Part shown: one piece after another, positions 1 through 13,754 of the stretch
Layout: every line of letters starts with the position of its first letter
Numbering within the stretch: position 1 is the first letter of the stretch
Origin: Azolla caroliniana
Lineage: Eukaryota > Plantae > Polypodiophyta
Direction: 5' to 3'
NCBI GenBank assembly: GCA_043228905.1
Contig: JBHGNT010000003.1
Span: 17,794,001-17,858,000 of the forward strand
DNA: 64,000 nt
The notes under the pieces: generated by a model
Told to the model about the DNA's origin: nothing
Database searches by the model: none
The model's input: only the letters and a program-made list of their open reading frames with translations
Position numbers and translations under genes: made by a program

Positions 1-1261
1 TCTTGCGATTTTAGACAATTTCCAAAAACTTGATACACTAGTATCACATGTTTTAAATAGCATGTAAATTTTGCTAATATTTTGAGATTTAACAAATTTC
101 AAAATGATAATTTCAAAAATTGAATAGTTTAGGGATAATGTTTAAATGTTGATGGTTTGCAGATATGAAATGTAGTTAACTTAAAGAAAATCACAATTAT
201 TGTCAACTCAAGGCACAAGTTAAGATTAATGGTTTCACCGTCTTGAGAAGATTAAGGTTACATCTATTGTTAGACTTGAAAATGTTTTAAGTATAAAAGG
301 TAATATTGCAATCCTTAATGTCATCATCTATAAATTAGTGCTCATTAACATCCATAAATTCACAACTCAAGAAATGTAGACAATATTTATAAACAATTTT
401 GATAAATCCACAACTCCTAAAATGTAGACGATATTCATAAATTGTCAAACTTTAGATATGAACATTAATATATCAATTTGAACATAACACATAGTTATCA
501 AGGTATCTACAATGTTATAATCTCCTTCCTTATAAGAATTCCCCTTCAAAAATTGTGAAGTAAATGGCATTTGCAAAGTTCAATTACCATCAACACAATT
601 ATTAATGGTTTTCTTCTAATAAATGAAGCACATATTTACCATAAGGTATCTTGTTGTGCAACATACATCTTTAAAAAACCTCTTTTATTTGAAAAACAAC
701 AAGAGTTTTAAACATGAACACGATATGTTGTATTGAATTGACGTAAAAAATAGAGTTTTCATCATAACTCTATACAATATATTGAATTCATGTTCAAAGT
801 TTTTTTACCGGATTTAAAAAATAATAATAATAATAAATTAAGCTTGAGTTCATAGAAAAACCAAATTTTTCATCACAATTCAATACAATGTATCGAGTTC
901 ATGTTTAAAGTAATTTTTTCTAATTTTAAAAAAAAAATCAATTTGTTTCAAATTTTTTATTTTTTTTCAATTTTTTTTTGTTTTTTTCAATTTATTTTAT
1001 TTTTTTATTTTTTATGGAAAAAATAATAATTTTAAACATGAACTCGATACATTGTATCGACTTGTGATAAAAACTCTGGTTTTTTCATCACTTATTAAAG
1101 CTCCAAAACAAAATTCTAAGACAGAGACAAAATTAGTACTAAGAGAGAAATATTAGTACTAAGAAGAATTTAAGGTGTAGAACACTTGAGAAAAGAAGAG
1201 AGAGAGTGAGTGAGTGAGAGAGAGAGGGATTGAGAGGGAATGATGATGACATGAGTTAATC

Positions 1262-2940
1262 TACGGCGTATCGAGTTCATGTTGAAAAGCTAACTTTTGT
1301 ACATGAACTCCATACGCCTTTTCAACATGAACTCGATATGGCATATCGAGTTCATGTTTAAAGTTTTATTTCGGATTTTTTTATAAAAATAATTACATTT
1401 TTTCCTATTTTATTTTGGTATTTTCTTTTTTTTTCTAAAAACTTTAAGCTTTAAAAAGGGATGAAAATAATATTTTATATATTACAATGTATGGTCTAAT
1501 GGTCAAGAGATTGACCCATGTAGCATAAGGTCATGGGTTCAAGTCCTACCATATCATGACATGAACTAAGCTAGCTTTTTTACATGAACTCGATACGCCG
1601 TATCGAGTTCATGTTGAAAAGCTAACTTTTTTACATGAACTCGATACGGCGTATCGAGTTCATGTTTAAAGTTTTATTTCTGATTTTTTTTTAAAAATAA
1701 TTACATTTTTTCCTATTTTATTTTGGTATTTTCTTTTTTTTTCTAAAAAACTTTGACCTTTAATAAGTGATGAAAATAATGTTTTATGTATTACAATGTA
1801 TGGTCTAATGGTGAAGAGCTTGACCCATGTAGCACAAGGTCATGGGTTCTAGTTCTACCATATCATGACATGAACTAAGCTAGCTTTTTTACGTGAACTT
1901 GATACGCCTTTTGAACATGAACTCGATACGCCGTATCGAGTTCATGTTCAAAAGCTAACTTTTTTACATGAACTCGATACTTCTAATTTTTTTTAAAAAA
2001 TAATTACATTTTTTCCTATTTTATTTTGGTATTTTCTTTTTTTTTCTAAAAAACTTTAAGCTTTAATAAGTGATGAAAATAATATTTTTTGTATTACAAT
2101 GTAGTGTCTAATGGTCAAGAGCTTGACCCATGTAGCATAAGGTCATGGGTTCAAGTCCTAACATATCATGACATGAACTAAGCTAGATTTTTTACATGAA
2201 CTCGATACGCCTTTTCAACATGAACTCGATATCGAGTTCATGTTTAAAGTTTTATTTCGGAATTTTTTTTAAAAATAATTACATTTTTTCCTATTTTACT
2301 TTGGTATTTTGTTTTTTTTCTAAAAAACTTTGAGCTTGAATAAGTGATGAAAATAATATTTCGTGTATGGTCTAATGGTCGAGAGCTTGACCCATGTAGC
2401 ATAAGGTCATGGGTTCCAGTCCTACCATATCATGACATGAACTAAGCTAACTTTTTTACATGAACTCGATACACCGTATCGAGTTCATCTTGAAAAGCTA
2501 ACTTTTTTACATGAACCCGATACGGCGTATCGAGTTCATGTTGAAAAGCTAACTTTTTTACATGAACCCGCTACGGCGTATCGAGTTCATGTTGAAAAGC
2601 TAACTTTTTTACATGAACTCGATACGGCGTATCGAGTTCATGTTTAAAGTTTTATTTCGGATTTTTTTTTTTAAATAATTACATTTTTTCCTATTTTATT
2701 ATGGTGTTTTGTTTTTTTTCTAAAAAGAAATTAAGCTTTAATAAGTGATAAAAATAATATTTTATATATTATAATGTATGGTCTAATGGTCAAGAGCTTG
2801 ACCCATGTAACATAAGGTCATGGCTTCGAGTCCTACCATATCATGACCTAAAAAGTTTAATTTTGGATTTATTTTTTTAAATAATTACATTTTTTTCTAT
2901 TTTATTTTGGTATTTTGTTTTTTTTTCTAAAACAAAATTG
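1262..2940. repeat. Tandem array of ~270-400 bp units containing CATGAACTCGATACG(G/C)CGTATCGAGTTCATG palindromes and tRNA-like boxes
   Basis: The unit landmark tacattttttcctattt recurs near 1394, 1702, 2006, 2280, 2680 and 2886. Palindromes at 2462, 2513, 2564 and 2615 are 51 bp apart. Confidence 0.9.
1492..2838 (+). other. Five tRNA-derived (SINE-head-like) units with Pol III A and B boxes
   Basis: TGGTCTAATGG followed by GGTTCAAGTCC (or close variants) near 1492, 1801, 2103, 2368 and 2779. No full cloverleaf can be built. Confidence 0.6.
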
Positions 2941-3599
2941 AGCTTTAATAAGTGATGAAAAAACCAGAGCTTTTATCACAAGTCGATACAATGTATCAAA
3001 TTGATGTTTAAAAAATAAAACAAAATCAATAAAAAATTATAAAAAATTGAAACAAAATTGAAAACAATTAGAAAAAATTACTTTAAGCATGAACTCAATA
3101 TATATCGAATTGTGATGAAAATTATGGTTTTCTAGATGAACTCAAGCACAATTTATTATTATTATTATTTTTTAAATCCAGTAAAAAAAACTTTGAGCAA
3201 GAATTCAATACATTGTATGGAATTATGATGAAAACTCTATTTTTTACATCAACTCGATATAACATATCGACTTAATGTTTAAAATCTTGTTGTTTTTCAA
3301 ATAAAAGAGGTTTTTTAAACATGAACTTGAATCGTACTAAAATGTTTGTTTTAACAAGAGAAAAAGATGCATATCGATAGTGCAAACAAGTATGTTGTAC
3401 AACAAGATACTTTATGGTGAACATGTGCATCATTGATTAACAAAAAACTATTAATAATTGTGTTGATGGTAATTGAACCTCGCAAATGCCATTTACATGG
3501 TCCATAAAGTGTTTGTGTGGTTCTTAATCACTACTTAATGTTAATCTTTATAGTTGGAACGAAGTATGACAACACAAGTATAACTCAAATGACAAGGAA

Positions 3600-3970
3600 A
3601 CTTGCAAGAACTCAAGATGGGGATATTAATAGCTACACTTGTAGATGGCCATGACGTAGGGTACCAATTTTGCATTGGTAAAGTTTTGGACGTGATGATG
3701 TATTAAACGTTTGTAATACATCTATCATTGACATTAATGAGGTGGATATCATTATGTATGACTTTACACAAACAAAAGTTGGATGTATAAGGACAACAAT
3801 GATATGCATAATAAAAGAGATCAAGTCTAGAAGATATCTCAGATTGAAGGCGAAGAAGATTTATTGCACAAAATTTGGAGATACCATTTGGTGAAGACAA
3901 TGATTTGATTGGTACATTGGAAGATGAGGAGGAAGAGTCACAATTGTATATTATCTATAGTAGTGATTCT
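3600..3970 (+). pseudogene. Decayed 3' end of the Sola-like transposase gene
   Basis: gtggatatcatt.tgtatgactt.acac and gattggtacat...ttgtatatta...tatagtagtgattctc match 30483-30510 and 30662-30726. Confidence 0.75.
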
Positions 3971-4327
3971 CATGAAAAGAATGATGATAGTCATGCAAAT
4001 AACTCCCAAATGTATTTGTTGTGCAACTATATGTAACAAATTTAGACAACATTTTATCGAATGGAATAAAAACGTTCATTGTTTTGAAATATTCTACTTT
4101 GATTTCTTTAATATCTAAAAACTTATTAGTTTTCATTTTTCTTTACAAATCCACAAAGTTACTTTTCATATTTTACCCAAATTTGGCATTTTTCAATTTT
4201 ACCAAATGGTGAAATTTTCAACTTTTTCATCAAGTTTTGGAGAACATGTGATAGTAGTATCAAGATGTTTTGTGAAATGGCAAAAAAAACCCCAAAATCA
4301 AACGGAATATTCCTTATCCTTCCACTT

Positions 4328-4363
4328 GTGCGCGATCCTCCAACTTCTGAATGCAAACGTGTT
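4328..4363. repeat. Right terminal inverted repeat of the non-autonomous element
   Basis: gtgcgcgatcctccaacttctgaatgcaaacgtgtt aligns to 31053-31088 atgcgcgatccttccacttgtgaacgcgaacatgtt. Confidence 0.8.
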
Positions 4364-4842
4364 GGTCTAAACTACGTATATGACCCACGCTCTCTTCCGG
4401 GTATGCTCTCCGTTTTCTTCCCCTAATGACGCCTCCATGCACAAGTCTTCACGTTACACTTCCCCTGATATCGATAGCTTGTAGGTATATCGAAGGTGTT
4501 TCCAACACAACGGTTAACACAATTTAGCACGCCTGGTTACAACTGTGAGATCACAGCGAACTACGTTGAAGACAACCTTCAGCTGCCATTACGGTGCCCA
4601 ATCGCACCAAGCGATCTCGGCCATCTGGCCGACGCCCTGAGCCAGTCGAAGACACTTCCGACTCGGCGGTCACAGACCAGTTTTTCCAAGAAATATCGGA
4701 GGCTCACCGGTTGCAATGCTCGCCACCTCCTACTCGGTCGTGAGTTAAGTCCACACCAACCTCTCCACTAAGCCCTCCAGAGGTAACCCACCCTGACCCT
4801 AACCCTTTTCCGTTTTTACTGGAAGACCCCGAATTCGATACC

Positions 4843-6230
4843 ATGCCGTATCCTTACCCACGATACACCGACAGCCCCAATGCGGAGTCGCACATCCATG
4901 CCTTCGTGTCCACTTGGTAGGCCAACCACTCAACATAGGGACTCTCGCCTACCAAAATTGAGGCCTCAAAAATTGCCGAGTTTATGCTATCCCTCGATGG
5001 ACCAGCTGCGCAATGGTATTCTGGCCTCGACACAGGGGAGTTTGTCACCTTCCAAGACGTTCGCACGCAGTTCCTAGAACTGTTCCTTCGCGAGGTGCCC
5101 AAACAAGAATTGCTCTGACGGTTCTTTTCCATGCGACAAGAACCGCACGAGACGGTCACACAGTTCACGATCCGGTTTTGGGATCTCTACAGACAAGTGG
5201 CCGACGATGTCTCTACACAGCACATTCCGGACGCATTCCTATCTAGCCTACAGGAGCCTCTACGGATGACTCTCGCACTTACTAATTTTTCCAACCAAAC
5301 GATCGAGCAAGTCATAGCACGTGTCCTCGTCCTCGATCGGACTCAGCAAAACACGGCTTTCTCTATGAGCTCACTGCAAAGCGCCCTTCCCCAAGAGGAC
5401 AATCGCTTCCGCCAAGCCCTCCAATGCACAGTTTGCTCAAGATCGGGCCATCTGGCCCTCGAATGTCCTCACCGGCCACAGTGTCCGATCTGCCAGTCCC
5501 GATCTCACATTGTCGAGCACTATGAATACAACATGCTCAACCGCACAACGACGACCCCAGTTCGCCAGATCGAGCCGAGGGATACATACTCTCATCAGGA
5601 CGAGCGACAATCCTACCGAAACTAGGGTAACCAACGACCCCGATCGCCGGATAGACGGCGCTATGACGACGATTACCGTTGGGACGACGACCGTTACCAA
5701 AACGACAACCGACGGAGATCAGACGACCGCCGTGATCGCTATCACGATGACTAGTATCGGGCAAACGACGATTATGATTGGAATGAAGATGATCGGGAGG
5801 ACCAATACGATCAGCGAAATTCGCGTAATGATTGGCGCAACTCTCATCGAGGATCGCACAACAACAAAAGGAATAACGACAACCGTCGTCGAGAACCCCC
5901 ACAAAATTAACCATGCAGCTCGAACGCGCCCTAGACCAACCCACCAACACACGAGGCCACGAATCAACCGCACCCCCCCCACACACACACAGATCGGGCT
6001 GCCACCAGCAACTCGGCCGCCGTTACCTGCTTCAAGTGCAAACCAACCCGGTCACTACGCTACGCAATGCCAAACAACAGACCGCGGAAAGGCTCCTGCC
6101 GTGAATAGTATTATGGCCGACGTGCAAAACATCACAACACGTAGCAAAGCCCAGGCTACCCCATGGCAAGTATAGGATGAAGTCCGGCAAGCAGTCAAAG
6201 AATGGATGGATATGGCCAAAAAAAAAACAA
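4843..6230 (+). pseudogene. gag: Gypsy gag
   Basis: MPYPYPRY...QEPHETVTQFTIRF and zinc knuckles CTVCSRSGHLALEC and CPICQSRSH; homologous to 35874-37170. Confidence 0.85.
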
Positions 6231-6479
6231 TGTGGTGCGCATGCAAACAGAAATGGGAGACGCGACTATTGGAGCAACACAGTCCTCGGCACCATCCACG
6301 TCGATAGAAGATGACCAGCTATGGGACGCCCTTACCAGTTCCAGGATTTCCTTGCTTTTGCATAAACTCTTACCACTCATGTCGTGTTTTCGGGGCACCT
6401 TGGCTACACTCACGGCCAACACCCATTCCACCACGCCACCTGTGCACCTGACCGAGCTAGGAATGGGTCCACCCCTCAT

Positions 6480-9400
6480 GGATGCGCAGAATCCAGCCAT
6501 AAAAATTATGATTAAAGGAAGGGACCTGCACGGGTGCATAATCAACGGCGGCTCTGGCGTGAATGTCATCAGCGAGGCTACCTATCATAAACTCGGCCTG
6601 AATCAATGGGAACCTTGCCCCTTTTGGCTTCGGATGGCCGACACACGATCGGTTTGCCCCATTGGATTAATCCACCACCTCGACTTTACTCTAGGAGGCC
6701 ACATGTTCACTATCTCGGCCGTTGTATTACGACTCAAAGCACAGGGGGCTTACCCAATGTTATTGGGGTAGACCATGGTTGCGCACAGCAAATATCAAAC
6801 AACATTGGCAGCACAACATGATCTCGTTTCGCCGAGGAAAGACCAAGGTCCGGATCATAACCGAAGAACGTGTACCCACGCCCCACAACACCTCGCTGTT
6901 ATACGCGGAAGGGGCGCACATGCTCAACGGGTTAGCCGATGACGAGGTGGATGACTTCCTAGAAGACCATCCCACTATCATACCTCTCTTCCAAATTGAT
7001 GCCATGACGGCCGTCGGCACACCTCTAGAAGAGGATTTCACGGTGAATACACCTCCCCAAGATGAGCCCGATCCCACCACCATCGCAGAATTACGACACG
7101 CTCAGGACGCTTTTGAACGTGAACTCGCCATCTCCCAATGAGTGAAGGCATCAATGCTCGAAACACTGAACCTCGGTTCGGACGAGAACCCTCGCACCCT
7201 ACAGATTGCTAATAACTTACCAGCCGGCGAACAAGCAACCCTCATACATTTAATCACCGATTACCAGGATGTATTCGAATGGTCTTACACGCATATGAAG
7301 GGTTTGGACCCACAATACTACCAACACCAGATCCATCTTCTCCCGGACGCTCGGCCGGTTCAGCAAAGACGATACCGGATGAACCCCAATTATGCGGCTA
7401 AGGTCAAGGAAGAAATAGACAAGCTCCTCCGAGTCGGGTTCATACGACCTGTAAAACGCGCCACATGGTTAAGCCCAATCGTAGTCATCCCCAAGAAAAA
7501 CGGGAAAATCTGAGTCTATGTCAACTACCGCAAGCTTAAAGCTACAACGGTCACGGATGGATTCCCTCTCCCGTTCATGGATAGCGTTCTCGACACGGTG
7601 GCAGGTCACGAATGCTACAACTTTCTAGACGGGTTCAGTGGTTACAACCAAATCAGAATGCACCCAGATGATCAGGAGAAAACAACATTTGTCACGGAAT
7701 GGGGTGTTTTCGTGGCAGAAGTAATGATGTTCGGTTTAAAAACGGCGCCGGCCACGTTCCAACGCATCATCACCAAAAATTTTAACGAGTATATCCCCGC
7801 GTTCATGCAAGTCTTTCTCGATAACTTCGTGGTATATGGTCAATGATTGGAACACATGACCTAGTTACGTCTCTGTCTTGATCGATGTCGCCAAGCTCGG
7901 TTAAGTTTAAACCTAGCAAAATGCGCATTCTTGGTCACAAGAGGCAACCTACTCGGGCACATCATCAGTGAAGAAGGTATTGCCATGGACCTGGATAAAG
8001 TACAAGCCATCCTAAACGCCCCCGCACCCTCAAACGCAAAAGGCCTCAACCGATTTCTGGGACAAATCAGATGGCACAGCCGAATGATACGCCACTTGGC
8101 TGATTTCGCGACAACACTACATGCGGCGGTGCATCGACTCCCCTTTCAATGGACTTCAATCGAGGATGAGGCTTACCAAGGATTGAAATTAATGCTCTCG
8201 CATGCCCTAGTTGTACAACCCCCGATATGGTCGGAACCTTTCCACGTCTTCGTGGACGCATCAGATATCGCCATCAGGAGCGCACTTATGAAATGCATGC
8301 CCCCAAATTGGTATTATGCTAGCCGACATCACTCGGCCACGGAAAAGAACTATTCAACGACTGAACAGGAGGCCCTCGGTATGATCTACAACATCAGTAA
8401 ATTTCGGCATTACCTCTTAGGCTGAAAATTCACATTTCACGTCGATCACTCGGCCCTCCTTTACCTGGTCAATAAACAAGCCATGACAGGTCGACTGGCT
8501 GGATGGATGCTCCTATTACAAGAGTTTGATTTTCATATACAGCATCGACCCAAAGTCCAACACGCCATCGCTGACTACCTAAGCCGCCTCGAGTCAAGAG
8601 ACCCTACCGAGCCCACGTATGACAATTTACCCGATGCCGGCCTATTTCATCTCACAACACTGCCAGACGACAAAGAAGATGAATGGATCATGGAGATGAC
8701 CCATTTCCTTAGCACTAGCTTGCCTCCCGACCACATGGCCCTCGATGTACAGAAACGACTCGCAGTACGTAGCCGCAACTTTTGTCTCGTTCCCGACATC
8801 CTCTACCACAAAGGCTCGGATGGAATATGGCGTCGGGTCATTCGACAATTCGAGAAGAAGGCCATCCTCCAAGAGGCCCACCTAGGAATCGCCAGCGGAC
8901 ACTACACCGGATAGTCCACGGCAAGGAAAGTATGGCAAAGTGGGTTATGGTGGCCTACAACGAAAAAGGATTCCCACAAGTTTTGCTGATAGTGCGACTT
9001 GTGCCAACGGTTGGGACAACCGATGGAACAAGCTCGAATCCCACACCAACCCATTCTTCCATTGGAACCATTTCAAAAATGGGGGTTAGATTTTGTGGGA
9101 CCCTTCAAACCAGCCGCAGCCCGAACCGATAATAAGTATATCATCGTGGCCACGGACTATTGCCCAAAATGGGTCAAGGCAAAGGCTTTACGAGACAACA
9201 CGACAACATCCATGGCCAAATTCGTGTACGAACATCTCTGGTGCCGTTATGGATACCCAATTGAGCTCGTTAGTGACCAAGGTGGGCACTTTATAAACCA
9301 TATAGTACGCGAGCTTACGACATACTACGCGGTGGTACATAAGAAAAGTACACCATACTACCCGCAGGCAAACAGATTGGCAGAATCGACTAACAAAATT

Positions 9401-10012
9401 CTCCAAACAATCCTGAAGAAGATGGTCAACGAGAACCGCACCGATTGGGATGACAAGCTCCAGAGTGCACTATGGGCTTATCGCAGTACATTCAAAATGA
9501 GCATTCAATCCACCCCCTTTCTGATGGCTTTTGGTCTCGAAGTCATTATGCCCATCGAGTTCCGTGTTCCCAGTCTCCGAGTTCAAGTTAAAGCATGGCT
9601 CCTCGAGGCCCAATCTGAACAATTGAGACGGGAACAACTCCTCGAACTTGGCGAGGATCGAGTAGTGAGCATGGCCCAACTTGAACAACACCAACGACAA
9701 CAGAAAGCCTTTGTGGACCGACATCGAAAAGGATTGGAACAAGAATTGACCATAGGCAAATCGGTCCTCGTTTTCCAAACGCGACTCGGTGCTATGCCAG
9801 GAAAGTTACGATCTCGATGGACCGGCCCCTTCTGGATTATTGACGAGTTTAACGGCACATTCCAACTCGGCACCCTCGCCGGGGAAATTGTCAATAGGTG
9901 GGTGAATGGATTCCGACTGCGACCGTACCAAGGAAATACCCCAGCCAGCCCTTTCGCCAAGTCTCTCGGCATGTACAATGCCACGAAGGAGGCCACGTGT
10001 CCCCCTCGGTAA
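6480..10012 (+). pseudogene. pol: Gypsy pol (protease, RT, RNase H, integrase)
   Basis: Motifs IINGGSGVN (PR), LDGFSGYNQI / MFGLK / FLDNF (RT), VFVDAS / NYSTTEQE (RH), and GLDFVG / SDQG / PQAN / WTGPF (INT). Confidence 0.95.
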
Positions 10013-10542
10013 GAACCTACCAACATTCCAAAGTAGACATTAGGTAGGATTAGGCACAGTTTTAGCAATGAGTTAGTTCCACCTACACCACCAACCACAT
10101 CACCCAAATCACGTCATGTTTAGAGGCACACATTAGTCACTTTCACATTCACTTAAGTATTTAAAGGCACATGCACAACATCCAAGGCAAAGCACTAACT
10201 CCCTAGGACACGTGGCTATAATATCCTATTATGGCATCCACGCCCAAGAATCTTCAAGCTCCTCTTCATGCACAAAACCCTAGGTGTTCGCTAAAAAACA
10301 ATTACCCCAAGCCCACCCCACACACAGACGTTTTCTTGCACACCCAACTTTCATCGCTCCCACGCTCTCAAGCCTCCTCTCGCTCTCAGCGCGTTCATCG
10401 CTCCCACCACTCTTGCTCACAAGCCCTCTCTTGTCCTCGTAGCCCCTCTACCGCACCACAACCATCTCCTTCCCTCACTCTGTCTTGGCCTGGTCGAATC
10501 CTCCTTCCCCAATCTTCCACACAGCAGAACCCCGAGTCCATT

Positions 10543-10750
10543 ATGCCTCTTGCAGCTTCCCAGGAAACCCACTCCTGGCTTCAAGAACGAGGATTGGGTG
10601 GTTATTTAAAGATGATCAATGCCCCTGCACACCCTGATGCCCAAGCGGTCGCACGCCGAATCCACCTGGACAAAGTCACCAACAATATGATTTGTGTTGC
10701 CTTGGACCTAAAGCGAGGAGGTGATCATGAGGTCGAGATTCCCCCTTCCA
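10543..10750 (+). pseudogene. 5' fragment of an extra ORF ('ORF3') downstream of pol, truncated
   Basis: SWLQERGLGGYLKMINAPAHPDAQAVARRIHLDKVT..LKRGG aligns with QWMRENGLKGLLRIADAPPHAEPEQAATSIDLSEIT..IKAGG at ~37180-37330. Confidence 0.75.
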
Positions 10751-12979
10751 TGACCCTAAAATTAGCTAAAATGGCCATAGCAATTAGCTATTTGTTTAGC
10801 TAGTTTTTTGTGGGAAAATCATAAGGATGGTTTATGAAATTTTATGTTTTATTAGTTAAATACATGTCATTTAATTTATGAGAATACTCAAATATTTGAA
10901 CTTTGGTTTCTGACGTAGTGGAACATGGGGAATAGTGCCATCATCTAAGGTCGACTTGAATGTCATCAAATTCTTGATAATCTCGAGTTCGAGTTCGAAC
11001 TCCAAACTGATGGAGTACTCTGAGGATAATCGCAAACGAAGCCCCTGCAGCAGCACAAAAACTCTAAGATCGACATTGCACCTTCAGAGCTACAACACAC
11101 AAGCAAGTCAATCCTCGTCCAGATATGTATCAGTTACATATTAAAAGACCTTTTTTTTTCCTTTTTGATAACAGTTTGTAACTTTGGTGCTTGTTCATCT
11201 ATCCCAAAAATCGAATAGGGTGAAGTCATTGGAGTCCCAAACAAGGATGTCTCGAAGATCGGGGTGTAGCACCAGGTGTGTTTCTGATTGACAAAATTTC
11301 ATGGTATGGTTTATTTCTGCCTATACTGATGATTAGGGTTTGTGTTTCCCTTAAGTGGTTTAGGGTTGTTGATTACAAATTTCAGATTGCAAGTTTCTGG
11401 TTACAATTTTCTAATTACAAATTTTTGATTACAAATTTTTTATTACTGTCGCAATCTGTTTTAATTTTGCACCAATTCTCATGACAAATTCTGATTAGGG
11501 TTTCTGATTTTTTAAGTGGTTGATTTCTGATAAATGTTGAAAAGGACAGATTATAAATTTCAAATTACTGTCTCAAAGTGTTGTAATATTGCACCAAATT
11601 CACATTAAAAATTCCATTTTTGCACCAATTCTGATTACTGATTTTCTATTTCAGGTGGCTAGTTCCTCCCTATCCTAGAGTGCGGAACTTCGCAAAATTT
11701 TGCAAGACAACGGAGGACTTTCACAACATATATGGTCTGTCGCTCGAGGGTATTGACCCTGTTGTTCTAACTGATAGATTGATTAGTGATGTAAACTGGA
11801 TGTCAGTATATAAAGTGCCTAGAGTGAAAGGCAAGGTCAAGCTCAAGCATGTACAACCGAACCTGTACGACGACTGCATGAGACTAGACCAGAAAGTACA
11901 TCAAGAGATCCCGGTCAACAACGAGTTGTCCGTTTCATTTGCTAGAGCTTTTGCATACGAGTATTGCAAAACAGCGAAGGAATCTCGTGACCCTGAAATG
12001 TACAGGGTAGCTTGGGCGATTTATGGTGAGGCATCGGTAAAAATATGTCAGAAGATGGGGGGGATTGCAACAAAAAATGGCAACATTTTGGAGCATGGCA
12101 GTTGATGATGCAACTGCCAACTCCCAACAAACCCGCAAGTATACGCCACACCAACACACAATGAAAGCCAATGTCGATGATACAGGTGAGACATTGATTA
12201 GCTATATGCTAAAAAATGTCCATGAAGCCTGTGAGACATTGGAGTTTTTTAAGATTGATTTAGAGAAAGCAACATTGGCTGATGCGATGGAGAGCAAAGT
12301 CACTTTGGTAGTTACAATAATCAAAAATAAGATTCAGATACCTATTGTTTTGCTAGTATGTAATATGTTATAAATAACTTGTACATGAAAATGTGTTACT
12401 GAGGCATTATCTGGAACATGTTGCTCAACAGATCCCCAATGGAAAATTCAACTGCAAACAGAGATCTAGGTTCTTTCAATGAACCTGGACCTTCTAGGTG
12501 TAAATATTGTCGCTGATTACAATTTGGAAAAGCTACAAGTTAATGCTTCTTGTTTCTTGTTGTTGTATCTTCCTCATTAAGGAATAATTAATCGATAAAT
12601 TTCTTAGCTGAGTTGAAGGAACAATACTCCCGTTAAGAACAGATAGTTAGTTGCCTTAGGAAGCAGCTACATTTTGCAAAGGGATGGTAAGGAGCAAACA
12701 AGAATTGCACCTGAACATTCTTGCTACCTTACCAAATGAAGGAGAACCAGGAAACGATATATTGTCTGTTCAAGCACGTTGCGTCGCTTGTGGATTACGT
12801 GTAGAGGACAAATATGCTACTCTGTTGGTTCACCTACAACCATGCCAACACACATACCATATCATTTGTTTTCAATATGCTTGTCACATTGCTGCATTCT
12901 GTTTGGGGGATTGTAGTACAACTCTCCTAGATGAGTGGAGAAAACACACAGGTAACATTGCTGCTTGTGACCATAGTGT

Positions 12980-13343
12980 AGCTAATTAGGTAAGTTGTAT
13001 AAAGTGTGGAAACTATTTAGCTATTCTAGTTGTATTGTACTAGCTAATTACCTAACATGTAGTTAATTAGCTAAGTGGTAACTAATTAGCTACTACCATA
13101 CTTTAGCTGAGTAGCTAATTAGCTACCACTTAGCTAATTAACTATTATCATAGTTTACTACAGTAGCTAATTAGCTACTACCATACTTCAGCTAAGTAGC
13201 TAATTAGCTATTACCATAGTTTAGTACAGTAGCTAATTAGCTACCACTTAGCTAATTACCTACTACCATAGTTTAGTACAGTAGCTAATTAGCTACTGCT
13301 ATGTTTAGTATAGTAGCTAATTAGCTAAGTGGTAGCTAATTAC
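12980..13343. repeat. TAGCTAATTAGCTA minisatellite, left part
   Basis: Tandem copies of ctactaccatagtttagtacagtagctaattag and variants. Confidence 0.95.
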
Positions 13344-13754
13344 TGTGAACGTAAGTGTTTGCGGAAGCGTAAAACAGAGAACAACACACAAAGAGAGAGA
13401 GAGAGAGAGAGAGCAAGAGAGAGAGAGAGAGCAGAACACAATTTCAAAATTATATCAAAACTCTGTACACACACTATGCTAAGTAGCACTATTTATACAA
13501 GTCCTCTTGGGACTGACAGAAGTACCATGTACTTCAATGCTCACACGAGCATCTGACACTTACTACGAGACTATAGCTACCTAGTAGTCTATCCTATACT
13601 AGGCTTCCGATTGGACTTCCGGTTACGGATTGCACCCGGCCTCCACTGCTTGCCGGTTCGGTTGCTCACCGTCATACCGATCCGTTTCGCCCGATCTGTC
13701 TCGCTTACCGGCTCCGGCTTATTCAGCCGATCTGGCTACAGTTGAGCTTGCCGC

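Larger units (their letters stand above)
560..3496. repeat. Long imperfect inverted repeat, arms ~560-1103 and ~2940-3496
   Basis: gtaaatggcatttgc...caattaccatcaacacaatt (560-600) is the reverse complement of 3455-3496. The inner ends catcacttattaaagctc and gagctttaataagtgatg also pair. Confidence 0.9.
1..4363 (+). mobile_element. Non-autonomous, internally deleted relative of the Sola-like element at 20771-31088; left terminus just upstream of the window
   Basis: 1-80 matches the subterminal sequence at ~20830-20910 (actagtatcacatgtt). ~3600-4363 is collinear with ~30360-31088. It ends in a degenerate TIR copy. Confidence 0.8.
4364..10750 (+). mobile_element. Degenerate Ty3/Gypsy internal region (non-chromovirus type); LTRs not visible
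   Basis: Domain order is gag-PR-RT-RH-INT, followed by an extra ORF. There are many stops and frameshifts. Confidence 0.93.

Noticed and set aside
1492-2838. Functional tRNA genes
   Set aside because: A and B boxes are present, but I could not build acceptor and anticodon stems.
5510-6175. Thr-rich 221-aa ORF and antisense ORFs
   Set aside because: These are alternate frames of the R/D-rich gag region.
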